Counted from the first letter of the stretch, positions 50,225 to 60,724 are shown. The stretch is 64,000 nt of DNA from an uncultured Candidatus Saccharibacteria bacterium (GCA_964386905.1 CAYLUP010000001.1:109660-173659); one strand, 5' to 3'. Numbers and translations: made by a program. The notes: generated by a model from the letters alone, not told the origin.

Positions 50225-50653
50225 AAAAACCACCCTATATTATTAGAGGTGGTTTTTAAAACAACACATATTAAGAGGGGGGTCAATGGTATTAAAAACA
50301 ACACTGCGGAAAGCAGCACATAGGTTTGATGGTTGCAGATGGAAAGATCCTCGCACGAGATGGTATATGCATAAGACAGTAATTATCTAGATCGGAAAGC
50401 ACACGTGAATGTTCATGAGTGCGCGTATTGTGGTGTTCGTTGAAAACGGGCGCTGGTAGATAGTGCGCATGCTATATACATAGCTATATTATTGCATATA
50501 TAATGTCGTAAAAGATATATTGTGCGACATATCTAAATATACTGAATAGTTCAAGGTATTGATCAATCCATCCCTATAAACCCCTTTTCCCTGCCCAGTA
50601 CACAACAAAAAAGCCCACCCCTTGTTTTAGGATATGTGGGCATTATTGATTGC

Positions 50654-51169
50654 TTATGACACGAGACTGGCTTCTTCTCTTGGAAACAGGATATCAGGTG
50701 GCGCCGCAGAGAGTATGAGCTCAAAGAGCGGGTCTATCCACGTAGTATTTATCACAGCAATGACTTCACAGGCATTCATTCCTGAAAAGAGTTTTTGCCA
50801 AGCAAGATACTTTCTTTCTGTGACGATGCTCTGTTCATTTGATGTTGATGAATCAAGGCTCGGCTTAATATGTACGCGCTCTATACAGTTCGCAAACTCA
50901 AGTGGAGAAAGAGTCCGGACGGCTCCGGCTGGTGCGTGAATAGTGTTAAACTGAGAAATAGATGCGATATGTATCGATGAATGAATCCAACGTGCCTGTA
51001 GCTCAATGCAGACTTCTTCTGCAGTCATGCACGGGAACAAGGATTCCCAACTCCCCTTTTCTTCGAGTGGCACAGAGACAATACTGATGGTGGTTATTCC
51101 GGTATGTCTGCGAGGGTGGCGTAGATGCGATACAAAGATGGTCATAAGAACCCCTATAATAATGAGCAC
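50654..51169 (-). CDS. Hypothetical protein
   Basis: 171-aa ORF co-oriented with its neighbours, N-terminal hydrophobic segment; GTG start, no recognised motif. Confidence 0.4.
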   Translation of the reverse strand: MLIIIGVLMTIFVSHLRHPRRHTGITTISIVSVPLEEKGSWESLFPCMTAEEVCIELQARWIHSSIHIASISQFNTIHAPAGAVRTLSPLEFANCIERVHIKPSLDSSTSNEQSIVTERKYLAWQKLFSGMNACEVIAVINTTWIDPLFELILSAAPPDILFPREEASLVS

Positions 51170-51225
51170 AACCTGTATATATTGTACTCTTTTTGTGTGT
51201 TCCTATACAAAAATACTGTGTATAT

Positions 51226-51831
51226 CTATTTGAGGGTTAAGGAGAATAGCGGGGTGTGTGAAATGTTTCCTTGCGCTATTCTATCTCGTCGGAAGATACA
51301 GAGGGTATCAAGTCGTAATACAGAAAGACGTTCTGTAATATCGCATGGTGGGACAATCGAATTGAGCAATGTCCCCTCCTCTGTTTTTGCGATAGTGATA
51401 TGTGGGGCAGATATTTTTGCTCCAGATGCTCTTCTCCCTTTTCTATCTCTTGTAAATCTCCATGTTCCAATTTTCCAGCACGACTCCTCGAGCTCCTCGA
51501 CGAGTTTCTCGTACCATGAATTGCTATCATAGCGTATCCATAGCCTATCAGGTTCGTCTGGTCTCATAACGAGCAAACGCCCATTTTTGCAGGTTATTGG
51601 ATGGATGCGTGAAGCAGTGTTTTCGATAATGGTGATAAGTGACTGAAGAGTGCTCTGATAGATTTTTCCGAGCGACAAGAGCGTGATGAAATGGCCCCCA
51701 GTGTGAGGAATAAGGAGTGGGTCGATGTCATGATCTTCGAGGAGTGTGTGAATTTCGTTTGAATGCGCCTCAGAGACCAAAAACCCTATTGAGAGGAATA
51801 TCTCATTTGGATGGTGTGTGGATTGGTTCAT
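51226..51831 (-). CDS. 2H phosphoesterase / 2'-5' RNA ligase-like protein
   Basis: PHITIAK second motif; first motif HFITL..LG is atypical. Confidence 0.6.
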   Translation of the reverse strand: MNQSTHHPNEIFLSIGFLVSEAHSNEIHTLLEDHDIDPLLIPHTGGHFITLLSLGKIYQSTLQSLITIIENTASRIHPITCKNGRLLVMRPDEPDRLWIRYDSNSWYEKLVEELEESCWKIGTWRFTRDRKGRRASGAKISAPHITIAKTEEGTLLNSIVPPCDITERLSVLRLDTLCIFRRDRIAQGNISHTPLFSLTLK

Positions 51832-52471
51832 AAATACTTGTAATTGAAGGGCTACGGTTACGCATTACATCAGAAAACATTTTTAATCGAGCAAAGTATT
51901 CGCGAACATACTGTTTTGCAATAACAATATTGTTTCGTGATCCTGGGACGACATACGCTATTGCATCTATACCATTCCAATGCGCAATATATAAGGCACG
52001 CTCTGCATGATATCGCTGGGTGATAATAATTGGGTTATTGATTCCGAATACATCACGGGAACGAAGGATTGAGTCATATGTGTCTCTGCCTGCGAAATCC
52101 TCAATGATTGCATTTTCTGGGATTCCATATAGCAGTAACGCATGTTTCATTGCGCGCGGTTCATTGTAATACTTTGTGCGATTATCCCCAGAGACAATAA
52201 TTTGTCGAATCACACCTTCTTGATAAAGGCGTACAGCTCCGGCAATACGTTCTGTGAAGTACGTATTTGATTCGCCCTGAGCTGTTTTTGGTGTTGTCCC
52301 AAGTATGAGTCCTACCGTATATTGTGAAGGTATTTGCTCGTATTTTGAAAATATTTGTTCTTGCTTTGATATGTGTATATAGATATGAAAACAGAGAGAT
52401 AACACAAAAAGCACAATTATTGCGAAGACTACATGCTGAACAAATGATTGGAGTGTACGGTTGTGTGTCAT
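51803..52471 (-). CDS. SanA/YdcF (DUF218) family protein
   Basis: VSGDN...YNEP..M, DFAG.DTYDS..R, ITQRYH..RA, REYFAR. Confidence 0.9.
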   Translation of the reverse strand: MTHNRTLQSFVQHVVFAIIVLFVLSLCFHIYIHISKQEQIFSKYEQIPSQYTVGLILGTTPKTAQGESNTYFTERIAGAVRLYQEGVIRQIIVSGDNRTKYYNEPRAMKHALLLYGIPENAIIEDFAGRDTYDSILRSRDVFGINNPIIITQRYHAERALYIAHWNGIDAIAYVVPGSRNNIVIAKQYVREYFARLKMFSDVMRNRSPSITSIYEPIHTPSK

Positions 52472-52514
52472 CTATGTACTCATTATATAGAATTAATGAA
52501 AAAGTACACGGATT

Positions 52515-53696
52515 TTACTGTGTACTTTCACCGATAACAATATACTTTCTATTCCAGTCTTTATTTAAGAGTAATCTTGAAACAAAATGTGGCTTTTCCT
52601 GACGATAAAGTGATTCTGGGTCAAACAGATACAATCCCTGAATATCACCTGAATGAGTCTCTGCGTAGCCAACTGCAAGAACAAGGTGTGGACGTTTAAT
52701 ACCAAAAAGTTGTTTTGCTACTGAAAGTATGACGAGATTTCCTTTTTTGAGTTCCCAGACAACATCATCTATAATTCCACCCTCTGTGCGATATCCGGAG
52801 AGCCCATATGAGGTCGCCATATCTACTATGCCTTGATGATACCACCCGAATGACTCTGTGAAATATCCTTTTTCTTTTGCTGTTGAGCATAGTGTCTCAA
52901 TTGAAGATATGGGTTTGTAAAAATGATCTAAAATCATTGCAAGGCAGACGCCCCCACATGCCCTATTCGTCCAATATGGATTCGAAATATCAAGAAGTTG
53001 AGAAAAGTAATGAACTGAATGAATATGCTTTTGGTACCCAATTTTTTCCCCATGTGCGAGGTAATGAAGCAGATTGTGTGTGGAGTATAGGTCAGTTCTA
53101 TCCTGTGGAATAGTAACGCAGTATCTAGGCTCATTCATCTCCCCCATCCTTCGATATCCGACAATGTGGCGAAACGATGGTGCAGCATCAAGGTCTTGTA
53201 CATACGTGCCATTGATAGAACGACTCGAATGGAGCACTTTGCCTTCTCCGAGATAGATGCCGACATGATCAACGCCCTCAGGAACAACCGTGCCGTGCCT
53301 CCATTCGATTGATGCGTAGTGGATCTTCCCTTCTCCTGAGTTTGAAAATATCAAATCGCCATATTGAAGATCACCTTTTTGTATCTCCTCAAGAAAAATA
53401 TATTTATCTACAGTAATGGATGGCATCCATGAAAGTCCTGCAACAGTTGCAATATAGCTCACAAGGGAAGAGCAAGAAAATGCATTTGGGGCATCTTTTT
53501 GCATGATTGACGGGTTTTTGTACGCTGAGCCAATAAGTGTAGGGACTACATTTTCAATACGAGCACGTGGTGTTTTGAACGTAAATTGAAAATTATTTTG
53601 CTGAAGTGCGTACACGATATCATCATGCGACACGGTGTTTCCAAAGAACGCCTTTGCATCGTCAAGAGAAAAACCAATTTTATATTCCCAGGACAT
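52515..53696 (-). CDS. NlpC/P60 plus C39-like peptidase fusion with PheT-B5-like flanks
   Basis: AFSCSS, GDLIF, DHVGIY, LHSS (NlpC/P60); ACG..CLAM, PHLVL..G, FDP (C39-like). Confidence 0.8.
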   Translation of the reverse strand: MSWEYKIGFSLDDAKAFFGNTVSHDDIVYALQQNNFQFTFKTPRARIENVVPTLIGSAYKNPSIMQKDAPNAFSCSSLVSYIATVAGLSWMPSITVDKYIFLEEIQKGDLQYGDLIFSNSGEGKIHYASIEWRHGTVVPEGVDHVGIYLGEGKVLHSSRSINGTYVQDLDAAPSFRHIVGYRRMGEMNEPRYCVTIPQDRTDLYSTHNLLHYLAHGEKIGYQKHIHSVHYFSQLLDISNPYWTNRACGGVCLAMILDHFYKPISSIETLCSTAKEKGYFTESFGWYHQGIVDMATSYGLSGYRTEGGIIDDVVWELKKGNLVILSVAKQLFGIKRPHLVLAVGYAETHSGDIQGLYLFDPESLYRQEKPHFVSRLLLNKDWNRKYIVIGESTQ

Positions 53697-53697
53697 A

Positions 53698-54582
53698 CTA
53701 TATAGAACCTTGAGCAATAAGCGTATTCATAAATATAATACCAATAGTGATTGCAACAAGCATAAAGCCGTTTGCAATGAGAATGGGGTGTTGTTTTTGA
53801 ATGCGAATCACGGCCGCAAGAACAAGCGCTACAATGGCAACGATAATGATTGCATATTGTAATGAGATAGAAAATTTCGGTATATAAGAGATAGTTTTCT
53901 CGATCAACGAAAGAGGCTTCTGTTCAACTGATGTTCCGAGAACAGAATTTTGCTGATGTTGCGATGCTGTTTCTTGAAGTTTTGGTATGCGTTGCGCTTG
54001 TGTGGCAGGTGTATTGTGTCTTCGTCCAAAATGTTGAACAACAAAAATTGCATCTCTCCCCTTGTATTTCCCTACCGCTGTAGCAATTCCGATTTCAGAA
54101 AATTTTGCATTCAGTATATTGTCTCGATGTGTCGGAGAGTTCATCCACGCTGTTGTGACATCTGATGACTCAATAAAATTAACTGCGAGATTTTCTCCAG
54201 CATTTTGATATTGGTAACCTGCTTGTTTAAACCAGTACCACGGCGTTGTTCCGTCAGGTGAATTGTGAGCAAAATATCCATACTGAGCCATATGGTCTGC
54301 CTTCATTTGTGCAGATGAAACAAGTTGTTCATTTGTTGTTAATGATGGAAGAAGTGTTTTTGTGCGCTCGGTGTTTGTTTGTTCAACAAGAGTTGAGGCA
54401 ATAACAGCTGCAACTTGAGAGTTCCCCGGAGCGATAACAAAAGCATATGTAAGGTAAAACGCCTGTGCGAGAAGCACGAGAATGAGAAGGGTTTGAACGT
54501 TATCAGAACGAAGAAAATGAGGTTTATGGTCATTTTTTTCGTGTGGGATGAATAAGTCAACAACAATTTCGAGGATTCTCAT
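53698..54582 (-). CDS. CAP (SCP) domain membrane protein
   Basis: TN.ER, GYFAH.SPDG, AGENLA, WMNSPTHR.NIL, VVQHFG. Confidence 0.92.
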   Translation of the reverse strand: MRILEIVVDLFIPHEKNDHKPHFLRSDNVQTLLILVLLAQAFYLTYAFVIAPGNSQVAAVIASTLVEQTNTERTKTLLPSLTTNEQLVSSAQMKADHMAQYGYFAHNSPDGTTPWYWFKQAGYQYQNAGENLAVNFIESSDVTTAWMNSPTHRDNILNAKFSEIGIATAVGKYKGRDAIFVVQHFGRRHNTPATQAQRIPKLQETASQHQQNSVLGTSVEQKPLSLIEKTISYIPKFSISLQYAIIIVAIVALVLAAVIRIQKQHPILIANGFMLVAITIGIIFMNTLIAQGSI

Positions 54583-54642
54583 AAGGTCATTTCAACATAA
54601 ATATTCAGATTTTGCAATAGAAAACACATAGGAACTATGTGT

Positions 54643-55725
54643 TTAGAAATACGGCGTGGAGAGATGAAATACAACACCAAGAACGGCTAGAATCATGGAA
54701 ATTACCCAGTAACGCATTGTGACTTTGTATGGAGGCCATCCTATTGCTTGAAAGTGATTATGTAGTGGTGCAACAAGAAAAACCTTCTTACCGTTTCTTA
54801 GTTTTTTGGAAAGTATTTGAATTGCGCTTGAACCAGCGGTAACAATAAGCGGAAGTGCAATAATGAGTGTTACAAATTCTGCGTTTGCAAGAAAAGCAAC
54901 CGTTACAAGAGAGGTTGTGAGGCCCATGGTTCCTGTTTCAGAATTGAAAAATCGTGCAGGTGGAATATTAAACCAAAGAAACGCCAGGAGGCCACCAACG
55001 ACGACTGAACAGAACGCCGCAAGATCGATCTGGTTATTGGAAAATGCAATAATTGCGAGCGCAGCATAGATTGCTGTAAAAACGCCACCAGATAGACCAT
55101 CAACACCGTCAATAACTCCGCCTGAATACATTCCAATAAGATACAAGATAAACACAGGAATAAAGAAGATTCCAAGAGTAATTGTTCCGAAGAATGGAAG
55201 ATCAACGGTGTTCATTCCAAGTTTAAAATAAAACCACAATGAACCGATGATGCCAAGAAGAAACACAAAACCAAGTCGAATTGTCGGCGATAAGCCCCCA
55301 CCTGCATACTTGCCGCTATCCTTCTCTTGGCAGACAAGGTAATCATCAATAAGACCGCAAAGTGCACCAGCAATAAGCGTAAACATTGGTAGCCAAACTT
55401 GTTCGCGGGAGAAATAGTTTAATTTTTGAAAGAGATCTGCAAATTGAGAGTGATCAAACACAAGCGCTAATACAAAAAGGGCAAGCGTTGTTATTGCTGT
55501 CGATCCCCAAATTACTACTCCTCCCATTCGTGGAGTTTTTCGTTCCTCATCTCCATGAATTTTTGCTGTTATCGGAGCAGTCCCGCCCCCTGTTGCCCCC
55601 TGAACACTTTTCTTCTTCCACATTTTGTGTTTAAACAAAAAATGAGTGAGAATTGGTGTTCCAAGAATACCAATAATAAATGAGAGCAGAGTAGGAAATA
55701 ATATTTTAATTACATCGATCGTCAT
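54643..55725 (-). CDS. mraY: Phospho-MurNAc-pentapeptide transferase
   Basis: TPRMGG, GLIDD, DGVDGL, FN.PPA, APLHNHF. Confidence 0.93.
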   Translation of the reverse strand: MTIDVIKILFPTLLSFIIGILGTPILTHFLFKHKMWKKKSVQGATGGGTAPITAKIHGDEERKTPRMGGVVIWGSTAITTLALFVLALVFDHSQFADLFQKLNYFSREQVWLPMFTLIAGALCGLIDDYLVCQEKDSGKYAGGGLSPTIRLGFVFLLGIIGSLWFYFKLGMNTVDLPFFGTITLGIFFIPVFILYLIGMYSGGVIDGVDGLSGGVFTAIYAALAIIAFSNNQIDLAAFCSVVVGGLLAFLWFNIPPARFFNSETGTMGLTTSLVTVAFLANAEFVTLIIALPLIVTAGSSAIQILSKKLRNGKKVFLVAPLHNHFQAIGWPPYKVTMRYWVISMILAVLGVVFHLSTPYF

Positions 55726-55737
55726 AGTTTATCAAGG

Positions 55738-56700
55738 TTATTGCACATTTACTGTTTCCCGTGCGGCTGCAAGGAGGAGTTGCACATCGTCAAATCGGGA
55801 TGATTTAGTTGATCCTAAAACAACAATAATGAGTGGCTTCTGAACCCCCACATCAACGACTACTGCCAAGTTTCCACCGGCAAGGTCTGTGTACCCTGTC
55901 TTTCCACCAATAATTCCAGGGGTCATGGAGGCAATTTCATTTGTATTTTTTGCAACATGCGCCTGTTTCATGTTCGTTGTAAACACCATTTCTGGTAGTG
56001 CTGTGTATTGCATGATGTTGCTATGTTTCTTGATGACGTATTCAAGCATTCGCGCAACATCACGCGCACTCCCCTCCCCACCTGCGATACCGTACTCGTC
56101 TAATCCTGTTGCATTTGTAAACGCGAATGAAGTCAAACCAAGTTCCTTAGCTCGCTTATTCATCCCTTGAACGCACGCAGCAACCGCACTAGCATGTGGT
56201 GCAGCTTCCCCAAGTATGCTTTTTCCAACAGCAGAGGCAAGCGCAGTGGTGCCATCATTAGATGAAAGAATTAAAGAAAACGCTAAGAGGTCCTCGGTTT
56301 TCCATTGTTCGTTGAGAACAAGGCCGGAATAGCCCTCAACATCTATGTCATCTTGAGAGATCGTGATGAAGTCACTTGGCTGCAGAGCTTCAGATGCAAG
56401 GATTGCAGACATTACTTTTGTGATGGATGCAAGTGGGCGTTTTGTTTCTGCATTCTTTGCATACAGTACTTTTTGTGCTTGAACGTCAAATACGTATGCA
56501 CTTTTTGCCTGAATATTAAGTTGGTCAAAGTATGATGTATGTTTTTGCTGTGTTCGATCGCTTGCGAGCCCCACGCTACTTGTTGATGCAATCTGTGTCT
56601 TTGGTTCAAAAAATTGCTTCGCAAAAATCCTTGGACCGACAAGGAAGCCAGCAAGGATAAAAATCAAAAGCAATTTAATGTCATTTTTTGTAATAAACAT
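55738..56700 (-). CDS. D-Ala-D-Ala carboxypeptidase (peptidase S11)
   Basis: ASITK (SxxK), SSND (SxN), KTG. Confidence 0.92.
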   Translation of the reverse strand: MFITKNDIKLLLIFILAGFLVGPRIFAKQFFEPKTQIASTSSVGLASDRTQQKHTSYFDQLNIQAKSAYVFDVQAQKVLYAKNAETKRPLASITKVMSAILASEALQPSDFITISQDDIDVEGYSGLVLNEQWKTEDLLAFSLILSSNDGTTALASAVGKSILGEAAPHASAVAACVQGMNKRAKELGLTSFAFTNATGLDEYGIAGGEGSARDVARMLEYVIKKHSNIMQYTALPEMVFTTNMKQAHVAKNTNEIASMTPGIIGGKTGYTDLAGGNLAVVVDVGVQKPLIIVVLGSTKSSRFDDVQLLLAAARETVNVQ

Positions 56701-56720
56701 ACACTCTTATTCCTATTAGA

Positions 56721-57479
56721 TTATACAGCGTTGTGATCCTCGCTGGTTGGATGAATATACTCTTTCGCAGCAAGATTCTCATCAAGAACATCTGCATAAT
56801 TTTCTTCGATGGAAGTGGTGTCTACGCACTCTTCCTCAGTCAGTATGCCGTCCCCATTAGTATCGCAGGTAACTGCTCGTGTGTCAGAAGAATCATCCCG
56901 AGATGTTTCATTTGAGAGATCCTCTCGTGTTTCTTTAAATGAAGCTATTTGCGCAAGAATAACATCATACTCAGGGAGTTCCTCGATACGTGTAATCCCC
57001 ATAAACTCAAGCGCCTGTGTTGTTGGTGCGTATAATGCGGCACGCATATCACGAGGATTGTCGCGTTTTTCGATAATTCCACGAATAAGGAGATTTCGAA
57101 GAATAAACGTTGAATTTACACCACGAACATAATCTATTTCGGAACGTGTGAGCGGGCCACTATAGCAAATTATGGCGAGTGTTTCTAATGCAGCCTTTGA
57201 CAATTCTTTACTGAGTTCATCCCTCGTGATTTCTTCAATAAGTGCACTTGCCTCAGGGGTCGTACCGAGAACGTATTCATCATCAAGAGAAATTAACCGA
57301 ATACCTGAATGAGAATGCGAGAGACGTTCTTTGAGGAGGTCGAGTGCGACTCGAACCTCACCAACAGTTGTTTTTGTGATCGATGCGAGTTTTTTTATGC
57401 TATGGTGATCTGCTGTATAAAATAAAATAGCTTCGACGAGAGAAGATAGGTGCTCTGGTGTATGTTTAATCTTGTCCAT
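56721..57479 (-). CDS. scpB: SMC-Scp subunit ScpB
   Basis: LSKAALETLAII.Y..P.TR.EIDYVRGVNS; acidic tail. Confidence 0.93.
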   Translation of the reverse strand: MDKIKHTPEHLSSLVEAILFYTADHHSIKKLASITKTTVGEVRVALDLLKERLSHSHSGIRLISLDDEYVLGTTPEASALIEEITRDELSKELSKAALETLAIICYSGPLTRSEIDYVRGVNSTFILRNLLIRGIIEKRDNPRDMRAALYAPTTQALEFMGITRIEELPEYDVILAQIASFKETREDLSNETSRDDSSDTRAVTCDTNGDGILTEEECVDTTSIEENYADVLDENLAAKEYIHPTSEDHNAV

Positions 57480-58242
57480 ATTTTGGTGTGTGAAGTTCAA
57501 TTGGCTCAATGCTCATATCATCAAAATCTTGTTGCTGTGTTACATGTACAATGCCTTGTTTTACAAGCTCGAGCATCGCTAAAAAAGAAATGATAACATG
57601 TACCTTCTCTTCCTTTGGAAGGTGCCTGCCTTTTGTGTATGAGGAAAAACTTGAGAATCCCATGCGAAGATTTTCCGTAACACGAGACGCAAGACGTGTC
57701 ATCATTTCTTCGATTGATACAACTTTTTTTATGGTTGCTTTTGGAAGTTCTTGTTTTTTTGGTAATGCGTGAATGACCCGCTGTGCAGCCACATGTAATT
57801 CATGTGATGTGAGTGTATGGTCTGGGGCAAATATTTCAACGTGCTCTGCTCTGCTTGTTTTTTCGAAAATAATACTTCTCCCGTAGCATGTTCGAATATA
57901 CTCCGCAACATTTTTGAAAAGTTCATGAAGTGCAAGCCTGCGTTTGAGGTCACCAATATCCTCCTCTTCTTCCACTGTCAGGTTGAGGTCTGGGAGAATA
58001 GATTTAGATTTAATAAGAACAAGTGTAGATGCAATGAGGAGAAAGTTGGCAACGTCATCCATCGGATATGACTCGAAGCTTCGAACTTTTGCAATATAAT
58101 CATCAGCAACTTGAGACAATGAAAAATCATTAATAAAGAGTTTCCTCTTTTCGATAAGAGAAAGCAGGAGGTCAAGAGGCCCTTGAAAGTGCTCCGTATG
58201 GATATGAAAATCAACTTTTGTGTCTCCTGCAATAGAGTCCAT
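57466..58242 (-). CDS. scpA: Kleisin ScpA
   Basis: FQGPLDLLL.LI, IKSK.ILP, FLAMLELVK. Confidence 0.93.
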   Translation of the reverse strand: MDSIAGDTKVDFHIHTEHFQGPLDLLLSLIEKRKLFINDFSLSQVADDYIAKVRSFESYPMDDVANFLLIASTLVLIKSKSILPDLNLTVEEEEDIGDLKRRLALHELFKNVAEYIRTCYGRSIIFEKTSRAEHVEIFAPDHTLTSHELHVAAQRVIHALPKKQELPKATIKKVVSIEEMMTRLASRVTENLRMGFSSFSSYTKGRHLPKEEKVHVIISFLAMLELVKQGIVHVTQQQDFDDMSIEPIELHTPKYGQD

Positions 58243-58328
58243 GTATATATGAAGTATATCACAAATTATGGCCTCAATAAGCCATTATCTGTTTTTCTGT
58301 GTATAAATAAAACATCGCATGCGATGTT

Positions 58329-59726
58329 TTATTTCTTTTCAATGACGAGCCCAAGTTCTTTGAGCTGCCTTTGTTTCATTGGGCTTGGGCTTCCGGTCAT
58401 CAATTCTTTACCCTCCCCATTCTTTGCAAACGCAATGACTTCACGAATATTTGGTTCATTTTGAAGAATTGCGACCAAGCGATCGTATCCCCAAGCAATT
58501 CCCCCGTGAGGTGGAGCTCCGAAGCTAAACGCATCAAGCATGTGGCCTACAGAGTGCCGTGTTTCCTCTTCAGAATACCCCATAATACGATAGACTGCTT
58601 TCAGTGCTTCTGGGTTGTGGTTTCGTACAGAGCCACCACCGATCTCGAATCCATTCAAGACAATGTCATACTGCGCGGTGATAATGTTCTGGATATTTGT
58701 TCCATTCATGAGATCCTGCTCATATTCTGGCATTGCGGCGCTGAACGGATTATGTGTAAACGTCCACCCACCTTCATCAGTTTTTTCAAAAAATGGAAAG
58801 TCGATGACCCAACAAAATGCGAGAAGATTTGGGTCATCTTTGTCTTCTCGGATATCTGGTCTATCTGTTTGATATTTCTCCATTGCGTCCTTATAGCTCA
58901 TTCGGGGAAAGGGTATTTGTTGTATACGCTTCTGCGGGTAGAGTTCTTTTACTAATCCAATCAGGAGCTGCTCGTTGATCTGCATGACCTCTTCCCTGTC
59001 AGTAAAGGAAATTTCCATATCAAGCTGGGTAAACTCCGGCTGGCGGTCTCCACGAAGATCCTCATCACGAAAGCAGCGTGCAAATTGGAAGTAACGTTCA
59101 AAACCTGAAGCCATCAGAAGTTGTTTATATTGCTGCGGTGATTGTGGAAGTGCAAAACATTTCCCATTTTCAACACGGGATGGAACTATATAATCACGCG
59201 CACCCTCAGCAGTCGCAACGGTCAAAATTGGTGTGTCAATTTCTGCGAATCCAAGCGCGTCCAATTTGTTGCGCAGGTATAATGCTCCCTTGTGGCGCAT
59301 ACGAATATTTTCTTGAAGCCGAGATCGACGCAAATCGAGATAGCGATATCTGAGACGAACGTCTTCACCAATATCCATTCCGCTCCCCCGGATATCGAAT
59401 GGGGGTGTATTTGATTGATTCAATATACAAATTTCTAGGACCTCGATCTCGATTGATCCATTGAGTTCGTCTGGATTTATGTTTTTCTCTGGTCGAGAGT
59501 TTACTTTTCCAGTAACACGCAAGACCCATTCTGGGCGGACCTTCTCTGCATGTTCGTGCGCCTCTTTGTGAAACGGGAGGGCAACCATCTGCACCTTTCC
59601 GGTCGTATCGCGAAAATCAATAAAGATAAGTTTCCCCTGATCTCTCCTAACATCTACCCACCCCATAATATTTACCTCCTCACCTACATGAGAAGACAGG
59701 TCTCGAATATATGTTCGCTGTGTCAT
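58329..59726 (-). CDS. aspS: Aspartate--tRNA ligase (no GAD insertion)
   Basis: RLRYRYLDLR, LPQSPQ, FRDED.R.DRQPEFTQ.D.E, GAPPHGG. Confidence 0.95.
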   Translation of the reverse strand: MTQRTYIRDLSSHVGEEVNIMGWVDVRRDQGKLIFIDFRDTTGKVQMVALPFHKEAHEHAEKVRPEWVLRVTGKVNSRPEKNINPDELNGSIEIEVLEICILNQSNTPPFDIRGSGMDIGEDVRLRYRYLDLRRSRLQENIRMRHKGALYLRNKLDALGFAEIDTPILTVATAEGARDYIVPSRVENGKCFALPQSPQQYKQLLMASGFERYFQFARCFRDEDLRGDRQPEFTQLDMEISFTDREEVMQINEQLLIGLVKELYPQKRIQQIPFPRMSYKDAMEKYQTDRPDIREDKDDPNLLAFCWVIDFPFFEKTDEGGWTFTHNPFSAAMPEYEQDLMNGTNIQNIITAQYDIVLNGFEIGGGSVRNHNPEALKAVYRIMGYSEEETRHSVGHMLDAFSFGAPPHGGIAWGYDRLVAILQNEPNIREVIAFAKNGEGKELMTGSPSPMKQRQLKELGLVIEKK

Positions 59727-59729
59727 ATG

Positions 59730-60668
59730 TTATATGCTAATTCCTATCGTGTTTCTAATAGCATGCATTTTAATCTGTGCAATATGTCGTGCTTGCTCAC
59801 TTCCCTTTTTGAGAAGATCGACAACATCAGAATCTGAAATTTCATTGCGTTTTTCACGCATAGGAGAAAAGTATGTATCAATTGCTTCTATGAGTGATTC
59901 TTTCAAAATCTTGTATTTTCCACGATTGTGCTCATACAATGCATGAAGAGTAATTTCGTCAACAAAAAGGCGGTGGATTGCGTAGACATTTTGAGGAATA
60001 TCACCAGAAGAATCTGTGACAATGGACATCACGTGTTTTGCAATTTCATCTCGTGATGCAAAGAGCGGTATGATATTCCCATAACTCTTGCTCATTTTTT
60101 TTCCATCTGTACCTGGAACGATGCCTACATGCTGTAAGATCATTTCTTTTGGTTCTTTAAAAAGTGGGCTGAAGAGAGTGTTAAATTTATGTGCAGCTTC
60201 TCGTGTATATTCGATGTGTTGCCGTTGGTCTTCGCCCGTTGGAACCACGTCTGTATCGTAAAGTAGAATATCTGCGGCCATGAGCATCGGATATGTAAAG
60301 AGGCCTGCATTTGCTTCAAGACCTTTTGCTACCTTATCTTTATACGAATGCGCCTGCATTAAGAATGGCACACTTACAAGACAATTAAATATCCATGCAA
60401 GCTCTGTGTGTTCTGGTACTTGTGATTGCTGGAAAACGAGTGCATGAGATGGATTTACCCCAACTGCAATATAGTCTTTTACTATATCAATGATATGTCT
60501 ACGCATACTCTCTGGGTCTTTTGATGTTGTCAGCGCATGATAATCTGCGACCATGATTGTACTTTCGTATTCCTCATATACGTCTAAAAATGGCTTTAAC
60601 GCACCAAAATAGTTACCAATATGAAGGTTCCCAGAAGGTTGCAGACCAGTCAGGAGTTTCTGTTTCAT
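59730..60668 (-). CDS. trpS: Tryptophan--tRNA ligase
   Basis: QPSG.LHIGNYFGA, YP.LMAADIL, DQ.QH, KMSKS. Confidence 0.97.
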   Translation of the reverse strand: MKQKLLTGLQPSGNLHIGNYFGALKPFLDVYEEYESTIMVADYHALTTSKDPESMRRHIIDIVKDYIAVGVNPSHALVFQQSQVPEHTELAWIFNCLVSVPFLMQAHSYKDKVAKGLEANAGLFTYPMLMAADILLYDTDVVPTGEDQRQHIEYTREAAHKFNTLFSPLFKEPKEMILQHVGIVPGTDGKKMSKSYGNIIPLFASRDEIAKHVMSIVTDSSGDIPQNVYAIHRLFVDEITLHALYEHNRGKYKILKESLIEAIDTYFSPMREKRNEISDSDVVDLLKKGSEQARHIAQIKMHAIRNTIGISI

Positions 60669-60724
60669 TCTCTAATACTAGCAAATATTGATGTCTCCGT
60701 CTAATAAAAAATGGCTTTCGCCAT

